Source: Nemertoderma westbladi
Taxonomy: Eukaryota; Animalia; Xenacoelomorpha
Assembly: GCA_032718475.1 (NCBI GenBank)
Contig: JAUCBJ010008890.1
Span: forward strand, 136,392-200,391
Direction: 5' to 3'
DNA length: 64,000 nt
The position numbers and the translations under genes are program-made. This document shows positions 21,370-36,000 of the stretch, one piece after another; position 1 is the stretch's first letter, and each line of letters begins with the position of its first letter. A model generated the notes under the pieces. The model saw only the letters and a list, made by a program, of their open reading frames with translations. It was not told the DNA's origin and made no database searches.

Positions 21370-22100
21370 AAGTCTGTGGGGGGGGGGGGGGGGGGGGGGG
21401 TGTCGGAAGCCAAGATATAACTAGCCATAGTATAATTATAATTGTTCGCTAAGATGACTTGTAGCTTTTGCTGCACGAAGGCCCCACTGGCACTCGTGTT
21501 ATTTCTTCAAAGAATTTGAAGAAGAAACAAGGCTTTGAAAAGATCTTAATTAAAGTAGACATTCACCGAGTGATTTGGTTAGAGTACAAATGACTTGCCA
21601 GATGCCAAGGAGTGGTCGAGAGCAGATAGCCAGGGTAGTAATGTATAGGGAAATGTGTTTTAGTCGATGGAGTTTTAATTGATTTCCACAATCCAATTTT
21701 TAGCTACTCACCACAATAAAACTTACTCTAGATTATTTTCTGGAATGTTGGCGAGAAAAAATATTAGGGAATAAAAATTAGTGATTGGACCCTGTTGGGC
21801 TGAGGGTATAGGAGTGGGACGCTGGGATTGGCCGAAACTGAAACTCGATAAATCTCGACTTGACATAAACGAAGCATAGGTCTATGTAAGTTTTTAGCAC
21901 GATCGAAGCGAGTGTTAAAATGCCAACGAATGGAAAACTCAAACACTAGGGCAGAATAACTGAATTTTGCTAAAGAAAATGAGTGGAAAATAGTGTTTTC
22001 CGTTACGTTTTGATATCGAATATATAGTTTTATTTGAAAAAAATTACCAGCGTTATAATTGTTTACGACGTATAATACTTTATTAATGCTGCCCACGCTT
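21370..22100 (-). pseudogene. Possible decayed paralogue of the GPCR locus
   Basis: 21370-21485 matches the GPCR 3' flank 4977-5125; a minus TAA at ~21499-21501 lies in a similar position; minus translation near 21550-21580 gives PNHSVNVYF (TM7-like) among stops. Confidence 0.35.
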
Positions 22101-23225
22101 TCAGATACCGGTAGATATATCCTAAGTCAGTAGCTCCGAAAACATCGCGCCATCTTGCTCATTCAAGTTTTCGAGCACGCACAGATCGCCAATATTTAGG
22201 CCTACCACCAGGTCCAGTACTGCTAGCAGCCATTCTGTAGGATCTGAGGATGAGACAGGTCTATCCACTATCACCAATTCCAGTATTCAGATAGTACTGT
22301 GCAGTCAGACAGTACTAGGCCAACTGTGTTACCACATATAAGTACCGGTAGCGGTACTGTACAGAGGGAAGATTGTGTGAGCCATCTGTATAGTAAGCTA
22401 AAATTAGTTTAAAAAATACTTTCTTTAACTAATTTTCCATAAAATTAGTTTAAAAATTTTTTAACTAATTTTCCAAAATAATAGTTTAAAAAAGTAAAAA
22501 ATTAGTTAAAAAAGAATTTTTTAAAATTAATTTTCGGGAAATTAGTGAAAAAAGTTAGATTATTTAACTCAATTGTAAAAATATTTGTGAGAAAAAGAGC
22601 CCTTTTCAAATAAATACAGTTATTTATAAGGCGCCGTTTTCTGTTAAGGTTCAAAGGTGCTAAGTAAATACAAAAGTGAAATGCACAGAAAATATCATAA
22701 AATATAATTTATTACAAAATAAATTATTAGAGTTATTTGAAGGCCCTATCTAATAAACATATTTTTAATTGTCGTTTAAATTAGTACAAATTTGAGCAAG
22801 TCCTTAAACTATTTATTATTCTTATTGTAAAAAGACTCAAATCTAAAATATTCAAGAATCCAAAGTTGATTGAATTGAGGAATTGGAATAAATAATGTAA
22901 TCCTAATATATTCTAAGGGAATGGATTTGTAAAAGTTTGGTCAACCAATAAGAGTCCAAGTTATGGGGTGTTCTGTTCAGCAACATGCTTGCTCGATTTC
23001 TCTACATTATTGTGGTTGGTGGAATATGCAATGCGAATAGCTGGCTCTTGGTCGGTGTTAAATTGGGATCCATATGACTCGGGAGATTTACCTACGAAAC
23101 GTGCGAATTACTTTTAGAGATTTTTGTTAATTAAATCTGTTTGAATATTATTTATTATACAGTAGTTCTTAAAAGAAATTTACAGTAGAATTTCACATAA
23201 TGGTATAATCTATGTACGTACTGTA

Positions 23226-23793
23226 CACCATGTCCGGGAATATAGTGTCGTTTTTCAGTTACCTGCCCCCCCCCCCCCCCACCCCCCAAAAAAAAATTGT
23301 CTACAAATCTTAATGAGATTGCATGAAACTTGAAACAGATATAGTTTCACCTACCTCCTCATCCTCCGTGAGTGAGCCAGAATTTTTATTTTTGCTTTAA
23401 ATATTTAGCTAAAAGTGTTTGAAAAAAGTGTCTCCGGCGATATTTCACAGGTCACAGTGTAATCATTATTCAACTGTTCTATTCAATTATTCTATGGTAC
23501 CAATAGAAAGCTTCCCTTGCCCTTGCTTTCCACTGTACCTACAAATCACTATAAGGTTGAAGAATGACTTTGCTCTCTAACTGTTGCAATATCGGCTTAG
23601 ACACTTTTTTAAAACGCTTGTAGCTAAAGAACGAAAGCAAAAATAAAAATTCTGGCTCACCCAGCAAGGAGGAGGCGAAACTATCTATGTTTCAAATGTC
23701 ATGCAATCTCATTAAGATTTGTAGAAAAATTTGGCGGGGGGGGGGGGGGGGGTCATGTACCTGAATTACGACACTATATTCCAGGGTATGGTG
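23226..23793. mobile_element. Palindromic MITE with TA target-site duplication (Tc1/mariner-like)
   Basis: ta|caccatgtccgggaatatagtgtcgt ... acgacactatattccagggtatggtg|ta; ~220 bp inverted arms including poly-C/poly-G. Confidence 0.9.
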
Positions 23794-24040
23794 TAATGTA
23801 CGATGTATTCGATACATACTTTTAAAACAACCTTCCAATGACAGTTATACAGTAGTAGAGGTGGAGGAAAACCACCAATACTGTTGACAGGATCACGAAG
23901 TTTATGATGGTCGTTGACAAGTGTTGGTTGATCTAGATAGTGATCAGTATCTGAAATCTACGTTCAGTGTGTAAAAGTATGGCTTCCTATATTTTATGGG
24001 CCATCAGTGCATTGATCGATGCATTACCCCGTGAGTCCCG

Positions 24041-27000
24041 ATATCCTATCCCGCACTGAACACTGAACGTGGTTTATTTATAAAATATCCTATCCCACAC
24101 TGAACTTGGTTTATTTATAAAATATCCTATCCCACACTGAACACTGAATTTGGTTTATTTATAAAATATCCTATCCCACACTGAACTTGGTTTATTTATA
24201 AAATATCCTATCCCACACTGAACACTGAATTGGTTTATTTATAAAATATCCTATCCCACACTGAACTTGGTTTATTTATAAAATATCCTATCCCACACTG
24301 AACTTGGTTTATTTATAAAATATCCTATCCCACACTGAACACTGAACTTGGTTTATTTATAAAATATCCTATCTCACACTGACCTTGGTTTATTTATAAA
24401 ATATCCTATCCCACAGTGAACTTGGTTTATTTATAAAATATCCTATCCCACAGTGAACTTGGTTTATTTATAAAATATCCTATCCCACACTGAACACTGA
24501 ACTTGGTTTATTTATAAAATATCCTATCCCACACTGAACACTGAACTTGGTTTATTTATAAAATATCCTATCCCACACTGAACTTGGTTTATTTATAAAA
24601 TATCCTATCCCACACTGAACTTGGTTTATTTATAAAATATCCTATCCCACACTGAACTTGGTTTATTTATAAAATATCATATCCCACACTGAACTTGGTT
24701 TATTTATAAAATATCATATCCCACACTGAATTTGGTTTATTTATAAAATATCCTATCCCCCACTGAACTTGGTTTATTTATAAAATATCCTATCCCACAC
24801 TGAACTTGGTTTATTTATAAAATATCCTATCCCACACTGAACTTGGTTTATTTATAAAATATCATATCCCACACTGAACTTGGTTTATTTATAAAATATC
24901 CTATCCCACACTGAACTTGGTTTATTTATAAAATATCCTATCCCACACTGAACTTGGTTTATTTATAAAATATCCTATCCCACACTGAACTTGGTTTATT
25001 TATAAAATATCCTATCCTACACTGAACTTGGTTTATTTATAAAATATCCTATCCCACACTGAACACTGAACTTGGTTTATTTATAAAATATCCTATCCCA
25101 CACTGAACACTGAACTTGGTTTATTTATAAAATATCCTATCCCACACTGAACACTGAACTTGGTTTATTTATAAAATATCCTATCCCACACTGAACACTG
25201 AACTTGGTTTATTTATAAAATATCCTATCCCACACTGAACACTGAACTTGGTTTATTTATAAAATATCCTATCCCACACTGAACTTGGTTTATTTATAAA
25301 ATATCCTATCCCACACTGAACTTGGTTTATTTATAAAATATCCTATCCCACACTGAACACTGAACTTGGTTTATTTATAAAATATCCTATCCCACACTGA
25401 ACTTGGTTTATTTATAAAATATCATATCCCACACTGAATTTGGTTTATTTATAAAATATCCTATCCCACACTGAACTTGGTTTATTTATAAAATATCATA
25501 TCCCACACTGAACTTGGTTTATATATAAAATATCCTATCCCACACTGAACTTGGTTTATTTATAAAATATCATATCCCACACTGAACTTGGTTTATTTAT
25601 AAAATATCCTATCCCACACTGAACTTGGTTTATTTATAAAATATCCTATCCCACACTGAACTTGGTTTATTTGTAAAATATCCTATCCCACACTGAACTT
25701 GGTTTATTTATAAAATATCCTATCCCACACTGAACTTGGTTTATTTATAAAATATCCTATCCCACTCTGAACTTGGTTTATTTATAAAATATCCTATCCC
25801 ACAGTGAACTTGGTTTATTTATAAAATATCCTATCCCACACTGAACTTGGTTTATTTTTAAAATATCCTATCCCGCACTGAACACTGAACGTGGTTTATT
25901 TATAAAATATCCTATCCCACACTGAACTTGGTTTATTTATAAAATATCCTATCCCGCACTGAACACTGAACGTGGTTTATTTATAAAATATCCTATCCCA
26001 CACTGAACTTGGTTTATTTATAAAATATCCTATCCCACACTGAACTTGGTTTATTTATAAAATATCCTATCCCACAGTGAACTTGATTTATTTATAAAAT
26101 ATCCTATCCCACACTGAACTTGATTTATTTATAAAATATCCTATCCCACACTGAACTTGGTTTATTTAAAAAATATCCTATCCCACACTGAACTTGGTTT
26201 ATTTATAAAATATCCTATCCCACACTGAACTTGGTTTATTTATAAAATATCCTATCCCACACTGAACTTGGTTTATTTATAAAATATCCTATCCCACACT
26301 GAACTTGGTTTATTTATAAAATATCCTATCCCACACTGAACTTGGTTTATTTATAAAATATCCTATCCCACACTGAACTTGGTTTTTTTATAAAATATCC
26401 TATCCCACACTGAACACTGAACTTGGTTTATTTATAAAATATCCTATCCCGCACTGAACACTGAACGTTGTTTATTTATAAAATATCCTATCCCACACTG
26501 AACTTGGTTTATTTATAAAATATCCTATCCCACACTGAACTTGGTTTATTTATAAAATATCCTATCCCACACTGAACTTGGTTTATTTATAAAATATCCT
26601 ATCCCACACTGAACTTGGTTTATTTATAAAATATCCTATCCCACACTGAACTTGGTTTATTTATAAAATATCCTATCCCACAGTGAACTTGGTTTATTTA
26701 TAAAATATCCTATCCCACACTGAACACTGAACTTGGTTTATTTATAAAATATCCTATCCCACAGTGAACTTGGTTTATTTATAAAATATCCTATCCCACA
26801 CTGAACACTGAACTTGGTTTATTTATAAAATATCCTATCCCACACTGAACTTGGTTTATATATAAAATATCCTATCCCACACTGAACTTGGTTTATTTAT
26901 AAAATATCCTATCCCACACTGAACTTGGTTTATTTATAAAATATCCTATCCCACACTGAACTTGGTTTATTTATAAAATATCCTATCCCACACTGAACAC

Positions 27001-30000
27001 TGAACTTGGTTTATTTATAAAATATCCTATCTCACACTGACCTTGGTTTATTTATAAAATATCCTATCCCACAGTGAACTTGGTTTATTTATAAAATATC
27101 CTATCCCACAGTGAACTTGGTTTATTTATAAAATATCCTATCCCACACTGAACACTGAACTTGGTTTATTTATAAAATATCCTATCCCACACTGAACACT
27201 GAACTTGGTTTATTTATAAAATATCCTATCCCACACTGAACTTGGTTTATTTATAAAATATCCTATCCCACACTGAACTTGGTTTATTTATAAAATATCC
27301 TATCCCACACTGAACTTGGTTTATTTATAAAATATCATATCCCACACTGAACTTGGTTTATTTATAAAATATCATATCCCACACTGAATTTGGTTTATTT
27401 ATAAAATATCCTATCCCCCACTGAACTTGGTTTATTTATAAAATATCCTATCCCACACTGAACTTGGTTTATTTATAAAATATCCTATCCCACACTGAAC
27501 TTGGTTTATTTATAAAATATCATATCCCACACTGAACTTGGTTTATTTATAAAATATCCTATCCCACACTGAACTTGGTTTATTTATAAAATATCCTATC
27601 CCACACTGAACTTGGTTTATTTATAAAATATCCTATCCCACACTGAACTTGGTTTATTTATAAAATATCCTATCCTACACTGAACTTGGTTTATTTATAA
27701 AATATCCTATCCCACACTGAACACTGAACTTGGTTTATTTATAAAATATCCTATCCCACACTGAACACTGAACTTGGTTTATTTATAAAATATCCTATCC
27801 CACACTGAACACTGAACTTGGTTTATTTATAAAATATCCTATCCCACACTGAACACTGAACTTGGTTTATTTATAAAATATCCTATCCCACACTGAACAC
27901 TGAACTTGGTTTATTTATAAAATATCCTATCCCACACTGAACTTGGTTTATTTATAAAATATCCTATCCCACACTGAACTTGGTTTATTTATAAAATATC
28001 CTATCCCACACTGAACACTGAACTTGGTTTATTTATAAAATATCCTATCCCACACTGAACTTGGTTTATTTATAAAATATCATATCCCACACTGAATTTG
28101 GTTTATTTATAAAATATCCTATCCCACACTGAACTTGGTTTATTTATAAAATATCATATCCCACACTGAACTTGGTTTATATATAAAATATCCTATCCCA
28201 CACTGAACTTGGTTTATTTATAAAATATCATATCCCACACTGAACTTGGTTTATTTATAAAATATCCTATCCCACACTGAACTTGGTTTATTTATAAAAT
28301 ATCCTATCCCACACTGAACTTGGTTTATTTGTAAAATATCCTATCCCACACTGAACTTGGTTTATTTATAAAATATCCTATCCCACACTGAACTTGGTTT
28401 ATTTATAAAATATCCTATCCCACTCTGAACTTGGTTTATTTATAAAATATCCTATCCCACAGTGAACTTGGTTTATTTATAAAATATCCTATCCCACACT
28501 GAACTTGGTTTATTTTTAAAATATCCTATCCCGCACTGAACACTGAACGTGGTTTATTTATAAAATATCCTATCCCACACTGAACTTGGTTTATTTATAA
28601 AATATCCTATCCCGCACTGAACACTGAACGTGGTTTATTTATAAAATATCCTATCCCACACTGAACTTGGTTTATTTATAAAATATCCTATCCCACACTG
28701 AACTTGGTTTATTTATAAAATATCCTATCCCACAGTGAACTTGATTTATTTATAAAATATCCTATCCCACACTGAACTTGATTTATTTATAAAATATCCT
28801 ATCCCACACTGAACTTGGTTTATTTAAAAAATATCCTATCCCACACTGAACTTGGTTTATTTATAAAATATCCTATCCCACACTGAACTTGGTTTATTTA
28901 TAAAATATCCTATCCCACACTGAACTTGGTTTATTTATAAAATATCCTATCCCACACTGAACTTGGTTTATTTATAAAATATCCTATCCCACACTGAACT
29001 TGGTTTATTTATAAAATATCCTATCCCACACTGAACTTGGTTTTTTTATAAAATATCCTATCCCACACTGAACACTGAACTTGGTTTATTTATAAAATAT
29101 CCTATCCCGCACTGAACACTGAACGTTGTTTATTTATAAAATATCCTATCCCACACTGAACTTGGTTTATTTATAAAATATCCTATCCCACACTGAACTT
29201 GGTTTATTTATAAAATATCCTATCCCACACTGAACTTGGTTTATTTATAAAATATCCTATCCCACACTGAACTTGGTTTATTTATAAAATATCCTATCCC
29301 ACACTGAACTTGGTTTATTTATAAAATATCCTATCCCACAGTGAACTTGGTTTATTTATAAAATATCCTATCCCACACTGAACACTGAACTTGGTTTATT
29401 TATAAAATATCCTATCCCACAGTGAACTTGGTTTATTTATAAAATATCCTATCCCACACTGAACACTGAACTTGGTTTATTTATAAAATATCCTATCCCA
29501 CACTGAACTTGGTTTATATATAAAATATCCTATCCCACACTGAACTTAGTTTATTTATAAAATATCCTATCCCACACTGAACTTGGTTTATTTATAAAAT
29601 ATCCTATCCCACACTGAACGTGGTTTATTTATAAAATATCCTATCCCACACTGAACTTGGTTTATTTATAAAATATCCTATCCCACACTGAACTTGGTTT
29701 ATTTATAAAATATCCTATCCCACACTGAACTTGGTTTATTTATAAAACATCCTATCCCACACTGAACTTGGTTTATTTATAAAATATCCTATCCCACACT
29801 GAACTTGGTTTATTTATAAAATATCCTATCCCACACTGAACACTGAACTTGGTTTATTTATAAAATATCCTATCCCACACTGAACTTGGTTTATTTATAA
29901 AACATCCTATCCCACACTGAACTTGGTTTATTTATAAAATATCCTATCCCACACTGAACACTGAACTTGGTTTATTTATAAAATATCCTATCCCACACTG

Positions 30001-33000
30001 AACACTGTACTTGGTTTATTTATAAAATATCCTATCCCACACTGAACTTGGTTTATTTATAAAATATCCTATCCCACACTGAACTTGGTTTATTTATAAA
30101 ATATCCTATCCCACACTGAACTTGGTTTATTTATAAAACATCCTATCCCACACTGAACTTGGTTTATTTATAAAATATCCTATCCCACACTGAACACTGA
30201 ACTTGGTTTATTTATAAAATATCCTATCCCACACTGAACACTGTACTTGGTTTATTTATAAAATATCCTATCCCACACTGAACTTGGTTTATTTATAAAA
30301 TATCCTATCCCACACTGAACACTGAACTTGGTTTATTTATAAAATATCCTATCCCACACTGAACACTAAACTTGGTTTATTTATAAAATATCCTATCCCA
30401 CACTGAACTTGGTTTATTTATAAAATATCCTATCCCACACTGAACACTGAACTTGGTTTATTTATAAAATATCCTAACCCACACTGAACACTGAACTTGG
30501 TTTATTTATAAAATATCCTATCCCACACTGAACACTGAACTTGGTTTATTTATAAAATATCCTATCCCACACTGAACACTGAACTTGGTTTATTTATAAA
30601 ATATCCTATCCCACACTGAACTTGGTTTATTTATAAAATATCCTATCCCACACTGAACTTGGTTTATTTATAAAATATCCTATCCCACACTGAACTTGGT
30701 TTATTTATAAAATATCCTATCCCACACTGAACTTGGTTTATTTATAAAATATCCTATCCCACACTGAACACTGAACTTGGTTTATTTATAAAATATCCTA
30801 TCCCACACTGAACTTGGTTTATTTATAAAATATCCTATCCCACACTGAACACTGAACTTGGTTTATTTATAAAATATCCTATCCCACACTGAACACTGAA
30901 CACTGAACTTGGTTTATTTATAAAATATCCTATCCCACACTGAACACTGAACTTGGATTTATTTATAAAATATCCTATCCCACACTGAACACTGAACTTG
31001 GTTTATTTATAAAATATCCTATCCCACACTGAACTTGGTTTATTTATAAAATATCCTATCCCACACTGAACTTGGTTTATTTATAAAATATCCTATCCCA
31101 CACTGAACTTGGTTTATTTATAAAATATCCTATCCCACACTGAACTTGGTTTATTTATAAAATATCCTATCCCACACTGAACTTGGTTTATTTATAAAAT
31201 ATCCTATCCCACACTGAACTTGGTTTATTTATAAAACATCCTAACCCACACTGAACTTGGTTTATTTATAAAATATCCTATCCCACACTGAACTTGGTTT
31301 ATTTATAAAATATCCTATCCCACACTGAACACTTAACTTGGTTTATTTATAAAATATCCTATCCCACACTGAAATTGGTTTATTTATAAAACATCCTATC
31401 CCACACTGAACTTGGTTTATTTATAAAATATCCTATCCCACACTGAACTTGGTTTATTTATAAAATATCCTATCCCACACTGAACTTGGTTTATTTATAA
31501 AACATCCTATCCCACACTGAACTTGGTTTATTTATAAAATATCCTATCCCACACTGAACTTGGTTTATTTATAAAACATCCTATCCCACACTGAACTTGG
31601 TTTATTTATAAAATATCCTATCCCACACTGAACACTGAACTTGGTTTATTTATAAAATATCCTATCCCACACTGAACTTGGTTTATTTATAAAATATCCT
31701 ATCCCACACTGAACACTGAACTTGGTTTATTTATAAAATATCCTATCCCACACTGAACTTGGTTTATTTATAACACATCCTATCCCACACTGAACATGGT
31801 TTATTTATAAAATATCCTATCCCACACTGAACTTGGTTTATTTATAAAATATCCTATCCCACACTGAACTTGGTTTATTTATAAAACATCCTATCCCACA
31901 CTGAACTTGGTTTATTTATAAAATATCCTATCCCACACTGAACTTGGTTTATTTATAAAACATCCTATCCCACACTGAACTTGGTTTATTTATAAAATAT
32001 CCTATCCCACACTGAACACTGAACTTGGTTTATTTATAAAATATCCTATCCCACACTGAACTTGGTTTATTTATAAAATATCCTATCCAACACTGAACAC
32101 TGAACTTGGTTTATTTATAAAATATCCTATCCCACACTGAACTTGGTTTATTTATAAAATATCCTATCCCACACTGAACTTGGTTTATTTATAAAATATC
32201 CTATCCCACACTGAACACTGAACTTGGTTTATTTATAAAATATCCTATCCCACACTGAACTTGGTTTATTTATAAAACATCCTATCCCACACTGAACTTG
32301 GTTTATTTATAAAATATCCTATCCCACACTGAACTTGGTTTATTTATAAAATATCCTATCCCACACTGAACTTGGTTTATTTATAAAATATCCTATCCCA
32401 AACTGAACACTGAACTTGGTTTATTTATAAAATATCCTATCCCACACTGAACTTGGTTTATTTATAAAACATCCTATCCCGCACTGAACACTGAACTTGG
32501 TTTATTTATAAAACATCCTATCCCACACTGAACTTGGTTTATTTATAAAATATCCTATCCCACACTGAACTTGGTTTATTTATAAAATATCCTATCCCAC
32601 ACTGAACTTGGTTTATTTATAAAATATCCTATCCCAAACTGAACACTGAACTTGGTTTATTTATAAAATATCCTATCCCACACTGAACTTGGTTTATTTA
32701 TAAAACATCCTATCCCGCACTGAACACTGAACTTGGTTTATTTATAAAATATCCTATCCCACACTGAACACTGAACTTGGTTTATTTATAAAATATCCTA
32801 TCCCACACTGAACACTGAACTTGGTTTATTTATAAAATATCCTATCCCACACTGAACACTGTACTTGGTTTATTTATAAAATATCCTATCCCACACTGAA
32901 CTTGGTTTATTTATAAAATATCCTATCCCACACTGAACTTGGTTTATTTATAAAATATCCTATCCCACACTGAACTTGGTTTATTTATAAAACATCCTAT

Positions 33001-36000
33001 CCCACACTGAACTTGGTTTATTTATAAAATATCCTATCCCACACTGAACACTGAACTTGGTTTATTTATAAAATATCCTATCCCACACTGAACACTGTAC
33101 TTGGTTTATTTATAAAATATCCTATCCCACACTGAACTTGGTTTATTTATAAAATATCCTATCCCACACTGAACACTGAACTTGGTTTATTTATAAAATA
33201 TCCTATCCCACACTGAACTTGGTTTATTTATAAAATATCCTATCCCACACTGAACTTGGTTTATTTATAAAATATCCTATCCCACACTGAACTTGGTTTA
33301 TTTATAAAATATCCTATCCCACACTGAACTTGGTTTATTTATAAAATATCCTATCCCACACTGAACTTGGTTTATTTATAAAATATCCTATCCCACACTG
33401 AACTTGGTTTATTTATAAAATATCCTATCCCACACTGAACTTGGTTTATTTATAAAATATCATATCCCACACTGAACTTGGTTTATATATAAAATATCAT
33501 ATCCCACACTGAACTTGGTTTATTTATAAAATATCATATCCCACACTGAACTTGGTTTATTTATAAAATATCCTATCCCCCACTGAACTTGGTTTATTTA
33601 TAAAATATCCTATCCCACACTGAACTTGGTTTATTTATAAAATATCCTATCCCACACTGAACTTGGTTTATTTATAAAATATCATATCCCACACTGAACT
33701 TGGTTTATTTATAAAATATCCTATCCCACACTGAACTTGGTTTATTTATAAAATATCCTATCCCACACTGAACTTGGTTTATTTATAAAATATCCTATCC
33801 CACACTGAACTTGGTTTATTTATAAAATATCCTATCCTACACTGAACTTGGTTTATTTATAAAATATCCTATCCCACACTGAACACTGAACTTGGTTTAT
33901 TTATAAAATATCCTATCCCACACTGAACACTGAACTTGGTTTATTTATAAAATATCCTATCCCACACTGAACACTGAACTTGGTTTATTTATAAAATATC
34001 CTATCCCACACTGAACACTGAACTTGGTTTATTTATAAAATATCCTATCCCACACTGAACACTGAACTTGGTTTATTTATAAAATATCCTATCCCACACT
34101 GAACTTGGTTTATTTATAAAATATCCTATCCCACACTGAACTTGGTTTATTTATAAAATATCCTATCCCACACTGAACACTGAACTTGGTTTATTTATAA
34201 AATATCCTATCCCACACTGAACTTGGTTTATTTATAAAATATCATATCCCACACTGAATTTGGTTTATTTATAAAATATCCTATCCCACACTGAACTTGG
34301 TTTATTTATAAAATATCATATCCCACACTGAACTTGGTTTATATATAAAATATCCTATCCCACACTGAACTTGGTTTATTTATAAAATATCATATCCCAC
34401 ACTGAACTTGGTTTATTTATAAAATATCCTATCCCACACTGAACTTGGTTTATTTATAAAATATCCTATCCCACACTGAACTTGGTTTATTTGTAAAATA
34501 TCCTATCCCACACTGAACTTGGTTTATTTATAAAATATCCTATCCCACACTGAACTTGGTTTATTTATAAAATATCCTATCCCACTCTGAACTTGGTTTA
34601 TTTATAAAATATCCTATCCCACAGTGAACTTGGTTTATTTATAAAATATCCTATCCCACACTGAACTTGGTTTATTTTTAAAATATCCTATCCCGCACTG
34701 AACACTGAACGTGGTTTATTTATAAAATATCCTATCCCACACTGAACTTGGTTTATTTATAAAATATCCTATCCCGCACTGAACACTGAACGTGGTTTAT
34801 TTATAAAATATCCTATCCCACACTGAACTTGGTTTATTTATAAAATATCCTATCCCACACTGAACTTGGTTTATTTATAAAATATCCTATCCCACAGTGA
34901 ACTTGATTTATTTATAAAATATCCTATCCCACACTGAACTTGATTTATTTATAAAATATCCTATCCCACACTGAACTTGGTTTATTTAAAAAATATCCTA
35001 TCCCACACTGAACTTGGTTTATTTATAAAATATCCTATCCCACACTGAACTTGGTTTATTTATAAAATATCCTATCCCACACTGAACTTGGTTTATTTAT
35101 AAAATATCCTATCCCACACTGAACTTGGTTTATTTATAAAATATCCTATCCCACACTGAACTTGATTTATTTATAAAATATCCTATCCCACACTGAACTT
35201 GGTTTATTTAAAAAATATCCTATCCCACACTGAACTTGGTTTATTTATAAAATATCCTATCCCACACTGAACTTGGTTTATTTATAAAATATCCTATCCC
35301 ACACTGAACTTGGTTTATTTATAAAATATCCTATCCCACACTGAACTTGGTTTATTTATAAAATATCCTATCCCACACTGAACTTGGTTTATTTATAAAA
35401 TATCCTATCCCACACTGAACTTGGTTTTTTTATAAAATATCCTATCCCACACTGAACACTGAACTTGGTTTATTTATAAAATATCCTATCCCGCACTGAA
35501 CACTGAACGTTGTTTATTTATAAAATATCCTATCCCACACTGAACTTGGTTTATTTATAAAATATCCTATCCCACACTGAACTTGGTTTATTTATAAAAT
35601 ATCCTATCCCACACTGAACTTGGTTTATTTATAAAATATCCTATCCCACACTGAACTTGGTTTATTTATAAAATATCCTATCCCACACTGAACTTGGTTT
35701 ATTTATAAAATATCCTATCCCACAGTGAACTTGGTTTATTTATAAAATATCCTATCCCACACTGAACACTGAACTTGGTTTATTTATAAAATATCCTATC
35801 CCACAGTGAACTTGGTTTATTTATAAAATATCCTATCCCACACTGAACACTGAACTTGGTTTATTTATAAAATATCCTATCCCACACTGAACTTGGTTTA
35901 TATATAAAATATCCTATCCCACACTGAACTTAGTTTATTTATAAAATATCCTATCCCACACTGAACTTGGTTTATTTATAAAATATCCTATCCCACACTG

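Noticed and set aside
22395-22560. aaaattagtt/aactaatttt mini-palindromes
   Set aside because: Low-complexity AT-rich repeats without definable ends
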